Origin: Eledone cirrhosa | Lineage: Eukaryota | Length of the DNA stretch: 64,000 nucleotides | Direction: 5' to 3' | Assembly: GCA_964016885.1 (NCBI GenBank) | Contig: OZ024746.1 | Span: forward strand, 72,602,001-72,666,000 | Shown here: piece by piece, positions 43,290 through 55,118 of the stretch | Layout: the number at the start of each line of letters is the position of its first letter | How positions within the stretch are numbered: position 1 is the stretch's first letter | The notes under the pieces: generated by a model | Database searches by the model: none | The model's input: only the letters and a program-made list of their open reading frames with translations | What the model was told of the DNA's origin: nothing | Position numbers and translations under genes: made by a program

Positions 43290-45530
43290 AAGAAGGGAAG
43301 CAGAGGAAAGAAAGTTCAAGCATATTCTACAACGTGAGGTGTTCAGGATTGCTAGGCAATGTGTCAAGGAAAACCGTGATATTGTCGGGGAGAAGTGTGT
43401 AATTAATGATGATGGTGTACTTGCCATCACTGACGCTGATAAGAAGGTAGCTTGGAAGTGTCACTACGAAAGGCTTCTAAATGAGGAGAATAAATGGGAG
43501 AAAGAGTCTCCCCCACATCGACCCAATAGAGGGACCAGCAGTGTTAGTCGAAGGTAGTATAATAAGTAAGGCAATCAAAGATATGAAGATGGGTAAGGCG
43601 GCTGGGCCTTCGGAAATAGTTGCTGAGATGCTGAAAGCCTCTGAAACAGTGGGACACACCATGGTCACCCGGATAGTTAACCAAGTCATACAGAATGGGG
43701 TTGTTCCGAAGGACTGGCATAGCATCATCATTAACTGTTACAAGGGTAAAGGAGATGCCCTAGATAGGGGTAACTATAGAGGCATTAAATTAATCGGACC
43801 AGGTCATGAAGGTCACGGAAAAAGTAATAGCGCAACTAATCAGAAAGAGAATTGATCTAGATGAAATGCAGTTCGGTTTTGTGTCAGGCAAAAGTACCAC
43901 AGACGCTCTTTTCATTGTACGACAACTACAGGAGAAGTACCTAGCTAAAAGTAAACCCCTATACTTAGCTTTTGTTGACTTGGAGAAAGCCTTCGACAGA
44001 GTCCCCCTTTTCATTATCTGGTGGGCTCTTAGAAAACTAGGTGTTGACGAATGGCTTGCGAGAGCTATACAAGCCATGTATAAAGAAACAGTCAGCAAGG
44101 TTAGAATTAACAACGAATATAGTGAAGAGTTTGGTGTTCATCAGGGCTCTGTTCTTAGCCCCCTACTATTTATTATTGCCCTTCAGGCTATAACAGTGGA
44201 GTTCAAGACCGGCTGCCCATGGGAACTCCTATACGCAGATGATCTAACGCTCATAGCTGAATCAATGGCCGAGCTAGAGAAGAAATTCCAAACATGGAAG
44301 CACGGCCTAGAATCAAAAGGCCTTAAAATTAACCTGGCTAAGACTAAAGTTCTAGTTTGTAGGAAAGAAAATAAGGCGCCGGTCCCTTCCAGGAAATGGC
44401 CATGCTCAGTGTGTAGGAAAGGCATAGGTAGAAACTCCTTTTTATGTCCCAAATGCAAAGTATGGGTGCATAAAAGATGTAGTGGGATCACAGGTAAGCT
44501 AACTAAGAACATAGATTTTACATGTAGCCGGTGCTCTGGTGCAATAAGTAGCAGCAAGTGCCACAAAATACTAGCTCTTTCAATTGCGCAGAGGGTTCTA
44601 TAGAAATAGTGGACAGCTTCCGTTACCTGGGTGACAAAATCAGCAGTGGGGGAGGGTGCTCTGAAAGTACAGTAGCTAGAGTCAGAACTGGATGGAAAAA
44701 GTTCAGAGAGCTTATACCACTATTAGCCACTAAAGGGTTCTCCCTAAAAATGAAAGGCAGGTTGTATGATGCCTGCATACAAACAGCAATGTTGCATGGC
44801 AGTGAGACATGGGCATTGTGTGCAGAGGATATACGCAGACTAGAGAGGAATGAAGCTTGCATGCTCCGCTGGATGTGTAATAGTAATATAAGTGAACGGC
44901 AAAGCATAAACGAAGGAAAAAATTAGAAATAAGAGGGATCAGATGTTTACTCGAGAGAAGGCTATGTTGGTATGGCCACGTGATGCGCATGAAAGACAAC
45001 AGCTGTATAACAAAGTGCAGGGCAATAAAGATAGACGGTAGCCACGGAGTAGGCAGACCCAGAAAAACCTGGGACGAGCTGATAAATTCCGACCTCACAC
45101 ACACCTCTCCAAGACAATGTCACTGGACCGAGACCTTTGGCGGTACTCAGTAATAGAGAAGACCCGCCTTACCTAAATACAAAGTAAAACCTACTACAGT
45201 TAGTAGTCATCTCTACTCTAACAAAATACACCACCCCCACCCCATCCACACCGCCCCTTTCAATGTAAAGTTATGTTGGTGCCACAACATCCAGGCCGAA
45301 ACAAATGAGATCGTGTAGGTGTCACAACAAAAAAAACACAGTCCACGCTGTAATGTGGCCGTGTAGGCAACACGGTAAAAACCTCCCAGCCCCACACTGT
45401 AAATGTGGTTGGCGTTAGGAAGGCCAGACAGTCCTATGCAAGCAAGACAATCACTCTTGCTTCAAGTGGGAAAACTCCCGTCCAAACCCATGCAAGCGTG
45501 GAACACGGACGTTAAACGATGATGATGATG
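43290..45530 (+). mobile_element. RTE LINE, 5'-truncated (RT + PHD), same family as the 20.9-24.6 kb copy
   Basis: ORFs 43339..44926 with QGSVLSPLLF, LLYADDL, CSVC..CPKC..HKRC..CSRC, FRYLG; gatgatgatg tail. Confidence 0.93.
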
Positions 45531-46381
45531 ACACAAGGTTCATGTTCCCCCACATGAATGGGATGAAATAAGCATGAGAAGGAGGGTGGAAAAGGCAGAA
45601 AAATGTAGCAATATTTAGACTGCCTCTCCTCTCTATCTCCACCTAGCCTTCTCTCTTGAGTACTTGATCTCCCTCTCCCTCACCATAATTTCCTTGATTC
45701 CTCCTTCCCTATCTTACCCATGGCAGCAGGTCTCCACTGTACTGCCAAATGCCTCTCTTTCTCCCTATCTCCTTGACCTCTCCCTCCACCCACCTACAAG
45801 GGTAGACTGAAAAGTTCATAGGCTGACTATGAAAGTTTGATGCTAGAGCTGTGAAATCTTGCATGCATTAATTTGAACTCTTAATAACTGCATTGCTTCT
45901 TTCCAGGGACTATGTAGAAAAATAAACCTCATTTGGTCATTCCATAAGAGAATCTTGGTGATCCTATAAACTTTTCAGCCAAGTCTTGTACCTTCAATTT
46001 ATATAAATTCCCACCTCCTCTTCCAAATCTGTCTGCATGGAAAGCTGGGTACACCCCACAATACCGTCTGACATCACTCATTCCTCTTAAGACCATCCCT
46101 CCCTTGACAAACAACAAGCAGCATACTCCCTCACTTCTTATCCCGAACAAGGACAGAAGCACCCTAGTGCAATAAAATGCACCTGGTATATGGAGTAAAG
46201 TGGTTGGTATTAGGAAGGACAGCCATCCATAGAAGCCATAAAGGAATGGAACGTATGATCAAGACAATCATGAGGAGGAGGAGGAGGAGGATAACTAATA
46301 GAGAGAAAACTACATACTGGGGCAACTCTATTTAGTTGAATCATTACTATCAATGATTTTATTTTTAATATATATATAATA

Positions 46382-46703
46382 CTAGACCACCTGGGACCCG
46401 TTGGCTCACATTCACTTAATATTTTCTTTTTAAATTATGTTCACTCAAAAGTAATTTTTATAGCTTTCACTCTCTCCCTCTCTTCCATTTTCCTTGTGTC
46501 TCTTTCAATCTACACTATCTCTTTCTCTAGTTATGAAGGTACCTGGAAAAACCCCGTGCTCCGATTTACGTGAAACTTGTTTTATTCCATTTGTATTCCC
46601 ATTTCAAGGTCAACTTCCTTTCAAAGTATTTTCCCATTATGTGCCGTTTTGGCTGTATTACATTACAGACAAGCACACAATCAGAGTTTTAGTAGTATAT
46701 AGA
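46382..46703 (-). mobile_element. Non-autonomous Helitron-like element
   Basis: - strand begins A|TCTATATACTACTAAAA and ends CTAG|T; the 5' end resembles that of the 62.7 kb Helitron. Confidence 0.55.
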
Positions 46704-48373
46704 TAGATAACTAATATAAGGCATCTAAGATCTATAGGCCCCTTCCTCTGCCTTTATGGTGCTAAATGATGATTATGACTAGGAATGGGTGGTAGAAACC
46801 CACTCAGTGTAGATCACCATAACTACTACCATTCCCCCTCCACACATACACATATAAGGTCAACTAAAATGTAAATAAAGTTGTAATTTTAATATATATT
46901 AAATCTATTTAAACTTTAACCAGTGATTTAAATAAAATACAAGAAAAATTAAAAATTGAAAGCTAGAATTGTCCAAAACCTCTTCAAATTGTCCAGGGCC
47001 TTTTAATGGTCCGAGCCCTTCAAATTGTCCAAGACCCTCCACTTTTTATCAAATTATAAATGTGGACTCCACTTGAGTGGTTCTAGAAAAAAAAGAAAAA
47101 AAAAAAAAAAAGGAATTACAAACATTGTTTTATGTCATCACTTTACTATCACCTCATAGGCACCACATCATTACCACCACAACTTATATATATATATATT
47201 ATTCAAAATATTAACAAATGAAGATATTAACAATCAAAATATGGTTTATTATATATATTTCGAAGGTACTGTGTTGTTTTTTCAGTACGTCCTCGTAAGA
47301 TAAAATATATGATTTGATATATGACATACCTCTACGGTATTGATAGTTCAATTCCTGTATTGGCAGTCAATATATATATATATATGTGTGTTTCTTTATT
47401 AGCCACAGGGGCACAAAAGAAGGGGACAAATACAAAGAGGGAAGTTTACATACAATAAAAACGTGAAGAGAGAGAGTGAGACTATTAGTATCCAAATCTC
47501 ATTCAAATCACACCTTACTATCTTTAAAAAATAGGAATGATATATTGGATAATATAATCATAGATATACAAAAGAATGGGATGGATGGTCAGAGGTGGAA
47601 CACCTTTGATCATAGACCTGCTCAATCACGGTTAGACTGGGGCTAAGCAATAACATTAGTTCGTCAGCCGCTCGGAACAACGAGAGAGCCTATACGTAGT
47701 CACTCATCTTACTAGAAATAATAGTCAAATTACACCCCTGTATTTTTTAACGGGGCATATTGCATAATGTACGTATTTCGAGATATAAGGTTTTAAAAAA
47801 AAGACAGAATGGCTACAATTAGAACGCCTTTAATTATAGCTCTCTCAGATAGGGGCGGTGTAAAACTAAACAGATAGACTCTTTTGATCATGGCTGACAA
47901 TGGGTTTGCACTTGAAAGGTTCCTTTCCGAGTAACAAGCGGCTTTATTGAAGACCAACATTTACGCATGCATGCCAGTCTCCCTTCTACACGCCGCCAAC
48001 GTTGCTCAAGTGAAAAGCAAATACCGATGCAGCTTGACACCAGTGCTGTCGCAGACGAACGATTTCCCCCTGCATGGAACGCGTCCGTCGCATGGTTAAC
48101 TACTACTCATACCCACCCACCCCCACCCGGGGGGGGGGGGGTTGAACTGGAGCAAGATGAAATAAAGTGTATTGCTCAGACACAACGCACTGCTTGGCTC
48201 GATTATCGAACTCGCGACCGTACGATAGTGAGCTCATCACCCTAACTATTAAGCCGAACCAAACACTAGCAATAACGACATGGGTTTAGTTAAATTAAAG
48301 ACCTTCTGTCAAATAGAAAAGTTGTTTACTTACTTGGTTTACTAACACTTTGCTGTACGAGTGAATGACGTCC

Positions 48374-49621
48374 TCAATGTATATCAGCTACTGTCTGTTC
48401 CACTTCTTTCTCCATCGGATACAACTTCGAGGAGAGACTGCGCGGTTGTGTTGCACTATTTATGAAGACACCATTAGAAGATAGCGAGTAGTGAACCATC
48501 TCTTCGGCGGAGATATCACTAGAAAACGACGGACACGAAACCAATTTTCCGCCGGTGAGATCGCGAGATGAATGCAACGAGCAAGGAACCAACTCTTCAA
48601 AACGTGTGAAATCCACATACCAACGACCGTTTTTATTATCAAATTGGTGGGCTTGTGTGAACCTTTGTCCCCAGGCGATTTCCTCAGCAATGTAGGACGT
48701 CTTTATTTGACACCTTTCCCCCGTCGATTCGATCACTCCGTTAATCCACACAAGAAGTTCGATTTTTTTATCGAATAGATCTTCTCTGTTAAGGCCGAAA
48801 AGCGGGCTGGCATCGGTTATATAGTGGTTCAGAATGAGCGGCCACATTAAAAACACTTTATTGCCGACGTTGTTTATCACAAAATCCACCTTTATTTGAT
48901 AGAGAGGATGGACGAAGCCTTCCAATGTCACATGTTCTGTAACCAACATGCCACCAACGTTAGCGTCGATGAGATGAGTGTATCGGAGATCGGCCACTTG
49001 TACTTGTAACACTTTGCGTCCGTTTTCGAAGCAAATACAGGCTTTTCGGCTGAATAACACTGTGTGGGAGCGGTTCTTTGGACGAGTCAGCTTAGCGAAT
49101 ACGAACCCCAATGTGATCGCTTCTAAGATAAAACCGATGAGGACTTGAAAGAAGATAGTTGGAATGGTGCTCACACAATCGATACTGGGATATGCGAATC
49201 CATAGCCGATTGTTGTTTGGGTTTCAATAGAGAACGATAAACAGTCTGTAAATGTTTCCAAACCTGAAACGCAGGATGTCGAATTGGAATCGCGTGTGTT
49301 GAAGTTGTGTAGGTTGGTGTTTATCCACCATATCACACCGAATGCAATGAAAGTGAATGAGTGAGAAGCAAGGAAGATTAGAAAAGCCCAATGCCAGTGT
49401 ATTTCAAGGATAGTGTTGTAGTAATCTTTTATAAAACTGTAACAATGTTTTTCAAGACCTTTCCGGTCGATGAGAGATTTTCCTGCTTTAGTGAGAAGAA
49501 AATGGCCAGGAACTTCGTTTCTCTTTTTGTCGACACATTTTAAATATTTACGAAAATGATTCCATATTCTTGTTAAAAAGTAGTTTTCGTTGGCTGGGTT
49601 AGTTGTGTTTTGGTTAGCCAT
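48374..49621 (-). CDS. Inward-rectifier potassium channel (Kir/KCNJ family), 415 aa, single coding exon
   Basis: Two TM helices around FSIETQTTIGYG filter, both extracellular cysteines, AKLTRPKNR C-linker, TLEG, FLMWPL..H.I..SPL and TSY..EEI.WG.RF cytoplasmic motifs. Confidence 0.96.
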   Translation of the reverse strand: MANQNTTNPANENYFLTRIWNHFRKYLKCVDKKRNEVPGHFLLTKAGKSLIDRKGLEKHCYSFIKDYYNTILEIHWHWAFLIFLASHSFTFIAFGVIWWINTNLHNFNTRDSNSTSCVSGLETFTDCLSFSIETQTTIGYGFAYPSIDCVSTIPTIFFQVLIGFILEAITLGFVFAKLTRPKNRSHTVLFSRKACICFENGRKVLQVQVADLRYTHLIDANVGGMLVTEHVTLEGFVHPLYQIKVDFVINNVGNKVFLMWPLILNHYITDASPLFGLNREDLFDKKIELLVWINGVIESTGERCQIKTSYIAEEIAWGQRFTQAHQFDNKNGRWYVDFTRFEELVPCSLHSSRDLTGGKLVSCPSFSSDISAEEMVHYSLSSNGVFINSATQPRSLSSKLYPMEKEVEQTVADIH

Positions 49622-50987
49622 TGTTAAGGATCACCACTCAGTTAGTCTCGGTTGTTTAATATATCACTTCGTTATCTGGGTAGTTTAACGTTACCTAAGA
49701 AATAGAAGTAGAAAAAAATCATACGTTTGATTTAGTGTAAACGGTATATTATATTCTTAATCGGAATGTGTGATCTATAGTTTTTACTTTAAACGTGAAC
49801 TGAAGATTATTAACAACCACGCGAGAATTATATTAACATCAAATGATCGAGTTCAAATTCAGAGTAAACCAATAAATCGATTCATTGGCTTCTAAACAAT
49901 ACATGCCGAGAATGTGTTATGTCTGTGACAGGACACCTAGCTGCAAACAGCACAAAAGTGGTAGAGTCCACTATAGTAAGCAACCTTGACTGTGTGATTA
50001 AGTTTGCTTTACAACCCTGTGGTTTGGGATTCGATCCCACTGCACGGCACTTTAAGCAAGTATTTTCTAGCTATCGCCTCTAGTGAAACCAAGTCTTGTC
50101 AATGTAATTGGATACACCAAAACTGGATTGACTGCATTTGCTGGGTTGTCGCCCAGTTTAATTCTTTCGTTACCATATCTCTAATATAACTTTGAAAATA
50201 ATCAAAAATTTTGAGATAAAATGCCGCAAAATATCTCATTCTAACAATTCCACTAATCCGCCGACCTGGATTCATATTTTATTTTATTTTATCGGTCTCG
50301 AAAGGTTGAAAGGCAAAAATTTATCTCGGCGAGATTTGATCTCAAATCTCGCCGAGATAAATTTTCTATCTAAAAACTTGTCTTCATAATTTTGTGTAAA
50401 AACCTTTTGGTACGGCATACTCCAAATACCAACTTAATGAATCTGTTAGTTACTAAATCCTTCCAGATTCCCGATTATTTTCAAAATTATTTGAAAAACA
50501 TAGGCAGTCTTTTATTAGAAATATGGTAACGAAAATGTTAACCAGACCACTACAACGAATAGAGGACAATACACTTTACATCCTTCCAATATCTAAACAG
50601 ACTGAGTAAACATAGAAAAAAGAGAGGAGTTGATCGTCAAATCGTACCAAGTTAACTATATTTCTATTGATCTTTCCATTGCTGATACTGTCTGTCGGTA
50701 GCAACTCTTCGCAGAAGGGAGCAGGATTTGAACACAGAACGCACAGAGCCGGATTAGATACCGAAAAGCACCCTATTCGACCCTTTAACAATTCCACTAA
50801 TCAGCTACCGCGCTTGGACTGATACTGTATTTATTGACCCCGAAAGAATAAAAGACTGAGTTGACACCAGTGGCATTTGAACTTAAGGCGCAGAGAGCTG
50901 GAACAAATGCCGTGGCATTTCATCCAATACTCTTATAACTCTGTCAAGTCACAGAAACAAAACTAATTAAAATGAAAAGCTACTTAC

Positions 50988-51130
50988 CGGAACAGATTGT
51001 TGCCGTAGCAAAGCTCCAAAACACTTGTAGCGTGTTTAATGACACCGAGACACTTCTACAATAAATCCAGAACAACCCGATCTTTTCTACACAATCCACA
51101 CAAACACCACAGAAATAGCAGCAGCAGTAT
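50988..51130 (-). other. Candidate 5'-UTR exon of the Kir gene (intron about 50987..49695)
   Basis: On - strand, donor CCG|GTAAGTA at 50987 and pyrimidine tract + TTAG acceptor at 49695, 73 nt before the ATG. The 5' edge of the exon is a guess. Confidence 0.45.
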
Positions 51131-51929
51131 AGCTAGGGTTTGCTAGCTAACATAGCTATTGCCCCCACATACACATACACCCACATACACACGCGAACGC
51201 CTCATCCACACACCCAACACATTGTACATAAAACACATTTAAACCCAAAGTGCCGCACGGTGCCTCGGGACAGACCTTCCAGCCCCCTTCCTTTCTCGGC
51301 TACGCTACTGAGCATCAATAACCTCGAGCACTAGTGTACTGGGGGTGATGATGCTGATTATGACGATGATGGTGATGGATTTTCCGTTGATTTTGATTAT
51401 GAGTCATTCGATCAATTAGAAATCCAACTCATGAAACGAGCAAGTGGGTGAGTATTCCGGAGACACGTATACTCTTAAAATAAGTCCCAAATCGAATCAG
51501 CAGTGTGACAAAGCTGGCCTTTTGAATTACAGGTACAATCTATCTGACATTCGGAACAGTTTCAATCACAAGGATTGGGCTGATCGGAGGTTATGGTCAA
51601 AGACACTTGCCCAAGATGGGCACACAGCAGGATCGCACCTGAAAGCTTATGATTGCGATACGAACTACTTAACCACCCGTACATCCCTGCGTCCCATTGT
51701 AATAAATAACAGTAGCTGACCTGATAGAAATGTCTCGGTTTTATTAGAAACAACAACCAAGTATGAAAGATCAATATGGCATTTTAAATGTATTTAGGGA
51801 TGGTTATTTTGCCAATAAAAACATACGCACAGTCGGTTTCCACTTCAGCTATATTATTAATTTGTTCGCCAAACGTTCTGTGAACCCCTCGGTGATATGA
51901 AATTCTAATTTTATATATATATATATATA

Positions 51930-52376
51930 TACGATATTAAATAAATGGAAACAATATTTATAAAACCATATTTATTTCATTATATATATTTCAGGGATAA
52001 CATATTAAAAATATGGTATGCCTTCATCAGACAAAATCCAATATAAATAGATAGATTTGACATACCTTACACTTCAACTTCCATTTAAAAAGTTGATTTG
52101 GTACTACCAAATCAACTTTTTAAATGGAAGTTGAAGTGTAAGGTATGTCAAATCTATCTATTTATAAGACTGTTTATATTGGATTTTGTCTGATGAAGGC
52201 ATACCATATTTTTAATATGTTATCCCTGAAATATATATAATGAAATAAATATGGTTTTATAAATATAGTTTCCATTTATTTAATATCGTAAATATACTCC
52301 AAATACTTGTTGAGTGCTTTTATATCAGTTATAAATATTTACTCGTTGTAACCCAACAATTTAAATAAAACTTTGC
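51930..52376. mobile_element. Fold-back element (about 174-bp arms, 1-nt loop, 12-nt indel) with hammerhead cores and tail; same family as 14928..15211
   Basis: Centre ...gatttggta-c-taccaaatc at 52104; CTGATGA 52190, GAAA 52228; flanked by (TA)n. Confidence 0.85.
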
Positions 52377-52505
52377 ATATATATATATATATATATATAT
52401 AAACGGAAAAAATGAAACGAAATTTCATTTCCCACTCTTAGTACGGCTGTTACTTAAATATAAGTATGTAGACGTACATACATATAGGTATACAGACGTA
52501 CAGTA

Positions 52506-52569
<64 letters not shown>

Positions 52570-52960
52570 GCACACATATATATATGTACGTATGGATTCA
52601 CCGAACATTTATTATAATGCTCGGTGTGTTTGTAAACAAACATCCCGTATTAAGCCGTAGTGTCTAGCAACCATCGTTGCTCGTTTGTTCAACACTGACA
52701 AAGGAACGCTGTACTAGTTTCAAGCTTATTAGCTATCGTCAGCAACGTATACCTTCCTCCAGATTGTTGAACGTATATACTTACCTTATGCATATTAACG
52801 GCTGAGTAGCCCAATTTGCATATCGAGTGGGTTAATCGGCCGGGTGCACCGAAAACGATAAACGGAAAAAATGAAACGAAATTTCGTTTGCCACTCTTAG
52901 TACGGCTGTTACTTAAATATAAGTATGTACACGTACATACATATATGTATACGAAGGTAT

Positions 52961-53003
52961 ACGTTGCTGACGATAGCTAATAAGCTTGAAACTAGTACAG
53001 CGT
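52961..53003 (+). ncRNA. Type I hammerhead ribozyme; inverted copy at 52706..52748 (-)
   Basis: acgttg CTGACGA t agct-aata-agct t GAAAC ta GTA cagcgt; palindromic stem III ACTAGT. Confidence 0.8.
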
Positions 53004-53205
53004 TCCTTTGTCAGTGTTGATAAACGAGCAACGATGGTTGCTAGACACTACGGCTTAATACGGAATGTTTGTTTATAAACACACCGAGCATTATAATAAA
53101 TGTTCGGTGAATCCATACGTACATACATATATATGTGTGCATGTATGTATATATATATACATACTACTGTACGTCTGTATACATATATGTATGTACGTCT
53201 ACATA

Positions 53206-53264
<59 letters not shown>

Positions 53265-53950
53265 CTCTGGTTCATCTGAATCATTGAGCACTTGCCGCAC
53301 ATCTCGGAGGTTGTTTTTCGTTATTTCGTGGGCCGAAATGCGAATCTCGATAATTTATGTTTGTATTATTCTCCAGACTCTAGCTATTGACCAGTTAATT
53401 TTCTTGATTTTATAGTTGATTCTATTGACTGATGAATAGCTTATGTTAATTTTAACCATTCTGTTGAGAACTCTATTCGATTTGTGATGTTTTTGCATTC
53501 TTGCAAAAATATACACAACTGAATTCATTCGCCTGATATAGGGGTTGCCTCCCTTGCCGATCCCCACGTGGGGTCAGCAATAGTCAGTCCTTGTATTAAC
53601 ATTGAACTAAAACCTGTTGAGAAAGTAGCTTCCTTGTTCAATCATCTTACCAGAAGCCTGACATTATTTATGTAAGCGGACGGTACTTGATTTAGGAGCC
53701 GCAGAAACCCATATACTGGATTTTACCAACCTTCCAGGGGACCGGGTAAATTTTCAATACCCGAATTACTTGATCGTTTTTTTTTGGGGGGGGGGGCTAT
53801 GTGAATGATTGTTTAACCATCGTCTCAGTGTGTTTGGCCTTCAACGTTTGTTATAGCTCTGGTTTATCTGAATCATTGAGCACTTGCCGCACATCTCGGA
53901 GGTTGTTTTTCGTTATTTCGTGGGCCGAAATGCGAATCTCGATAATTTAT

Positions 53951-53988
<38 letters not shown>

Positions 53989-54026
53989 ATAAATTATCGA
54001 GATTCGCATATATCTATATCTCTCTA

Positions 54027-54067
<41 letters not shown>

Positions 54068-54201
54068 GTAGATAAATCTACCAAGAGTTTACGGTAGTGT
54101 CCAATCCGTATGAAGAACTCAATGTATTCCGGATATCATGGAAAGAAGAGATGTAATGAAAATCCACTTTCGGTGAAAGATAAACGGTATACAGAGTCAA
54201 G

Positions 54202-54604
54202 ATAAAATATTAAACAAATAATGAATAAACAATTCCTTATATTAAACAAAAAAATTCATTATTTAACGATCGTTTCTAGGGTATATATGTGTTATAATTG
54301 GTATGCATATTCAACAGATCTATGTACAAAATTATACAAAATTATACAAATTATCAAGATTAAATATACATACCTAACACATATATACGCCGTCTTCAGA
54401 AATAAATTATTATTTCTGAAGACGGCGTATATATGTGTTAGGTATGTATATTTAATCTTGATAATTTGTATAATTTTGTATAATTTTGTACATAGATCTG
54501 TTGAATATGCATACCAATTATAACACATATATACCCTAGAAACGATCGTTAAATAATGAATTTTTTTGTTTAATATAAGGAATTGTTTATTCATTATTTG
54601 TTTA

Positions 54605-54613
<9 letters not shown>
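54202..54613. repeat. Perfect palindrome, 204-bp arms, 4-nt loop
   Basis: 54202..54405 is the exact reverse complement of 54410..54613; this explains the mirror ORFs 54221+/54594-. Confidence 0.95.
54410..54557 (+). ncRNA. Hammerhead-like motif with a long (about 115 nt) stem II; inverted copy in the left arm
   Basis: ttattt CTGAAGA [tatatatgtgtta...taacacatatata stem] GAAAC gatc GTT aaataa. Confidence 0.6.
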
Positions 54614-54641
<28 letters not shown>

Positions 54642-55051
54642 GTTACTTAATAATAAGTTAGAAAGATCTATCTTCTGCAGACATAGAATAGCCACTAAAT
54701 TCATAAGATTCAAACCTCCGTGAATCGAACCAACATAACATAGCTTTAAATTAGGATACCTACTACCCACAGAAATATATTCATTAAGTATACTATTTCC
54801 TTCACAAGTCTATACCACACAATTGTCTGTAAATACCTCATCTACCAACAATCTTACTCCTTCTCAGCTGCTGCAATCATTTGATCCTAGATCCTAGTTT
54901 CTCTCATTTCACTACTACAATGTTACTTTACCTTCTTTTTGCCATAACTACAATTAGCACGCTTTTCTCTTTGCATGTATGTATATTTTTGTACGAGTGT
55001 ATATTGATGTGTATGTATGTGTCTATGTACACATATATGTGTATATATATT

Positions 55052-55118
<67 letters not shown>

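Noticed and set aside
54221-54594. Two near-identical 100-aa ORFs on opposite strands
   Set aside because: Mirror products of the 204-bp-arm palindrome; no protein motifs.
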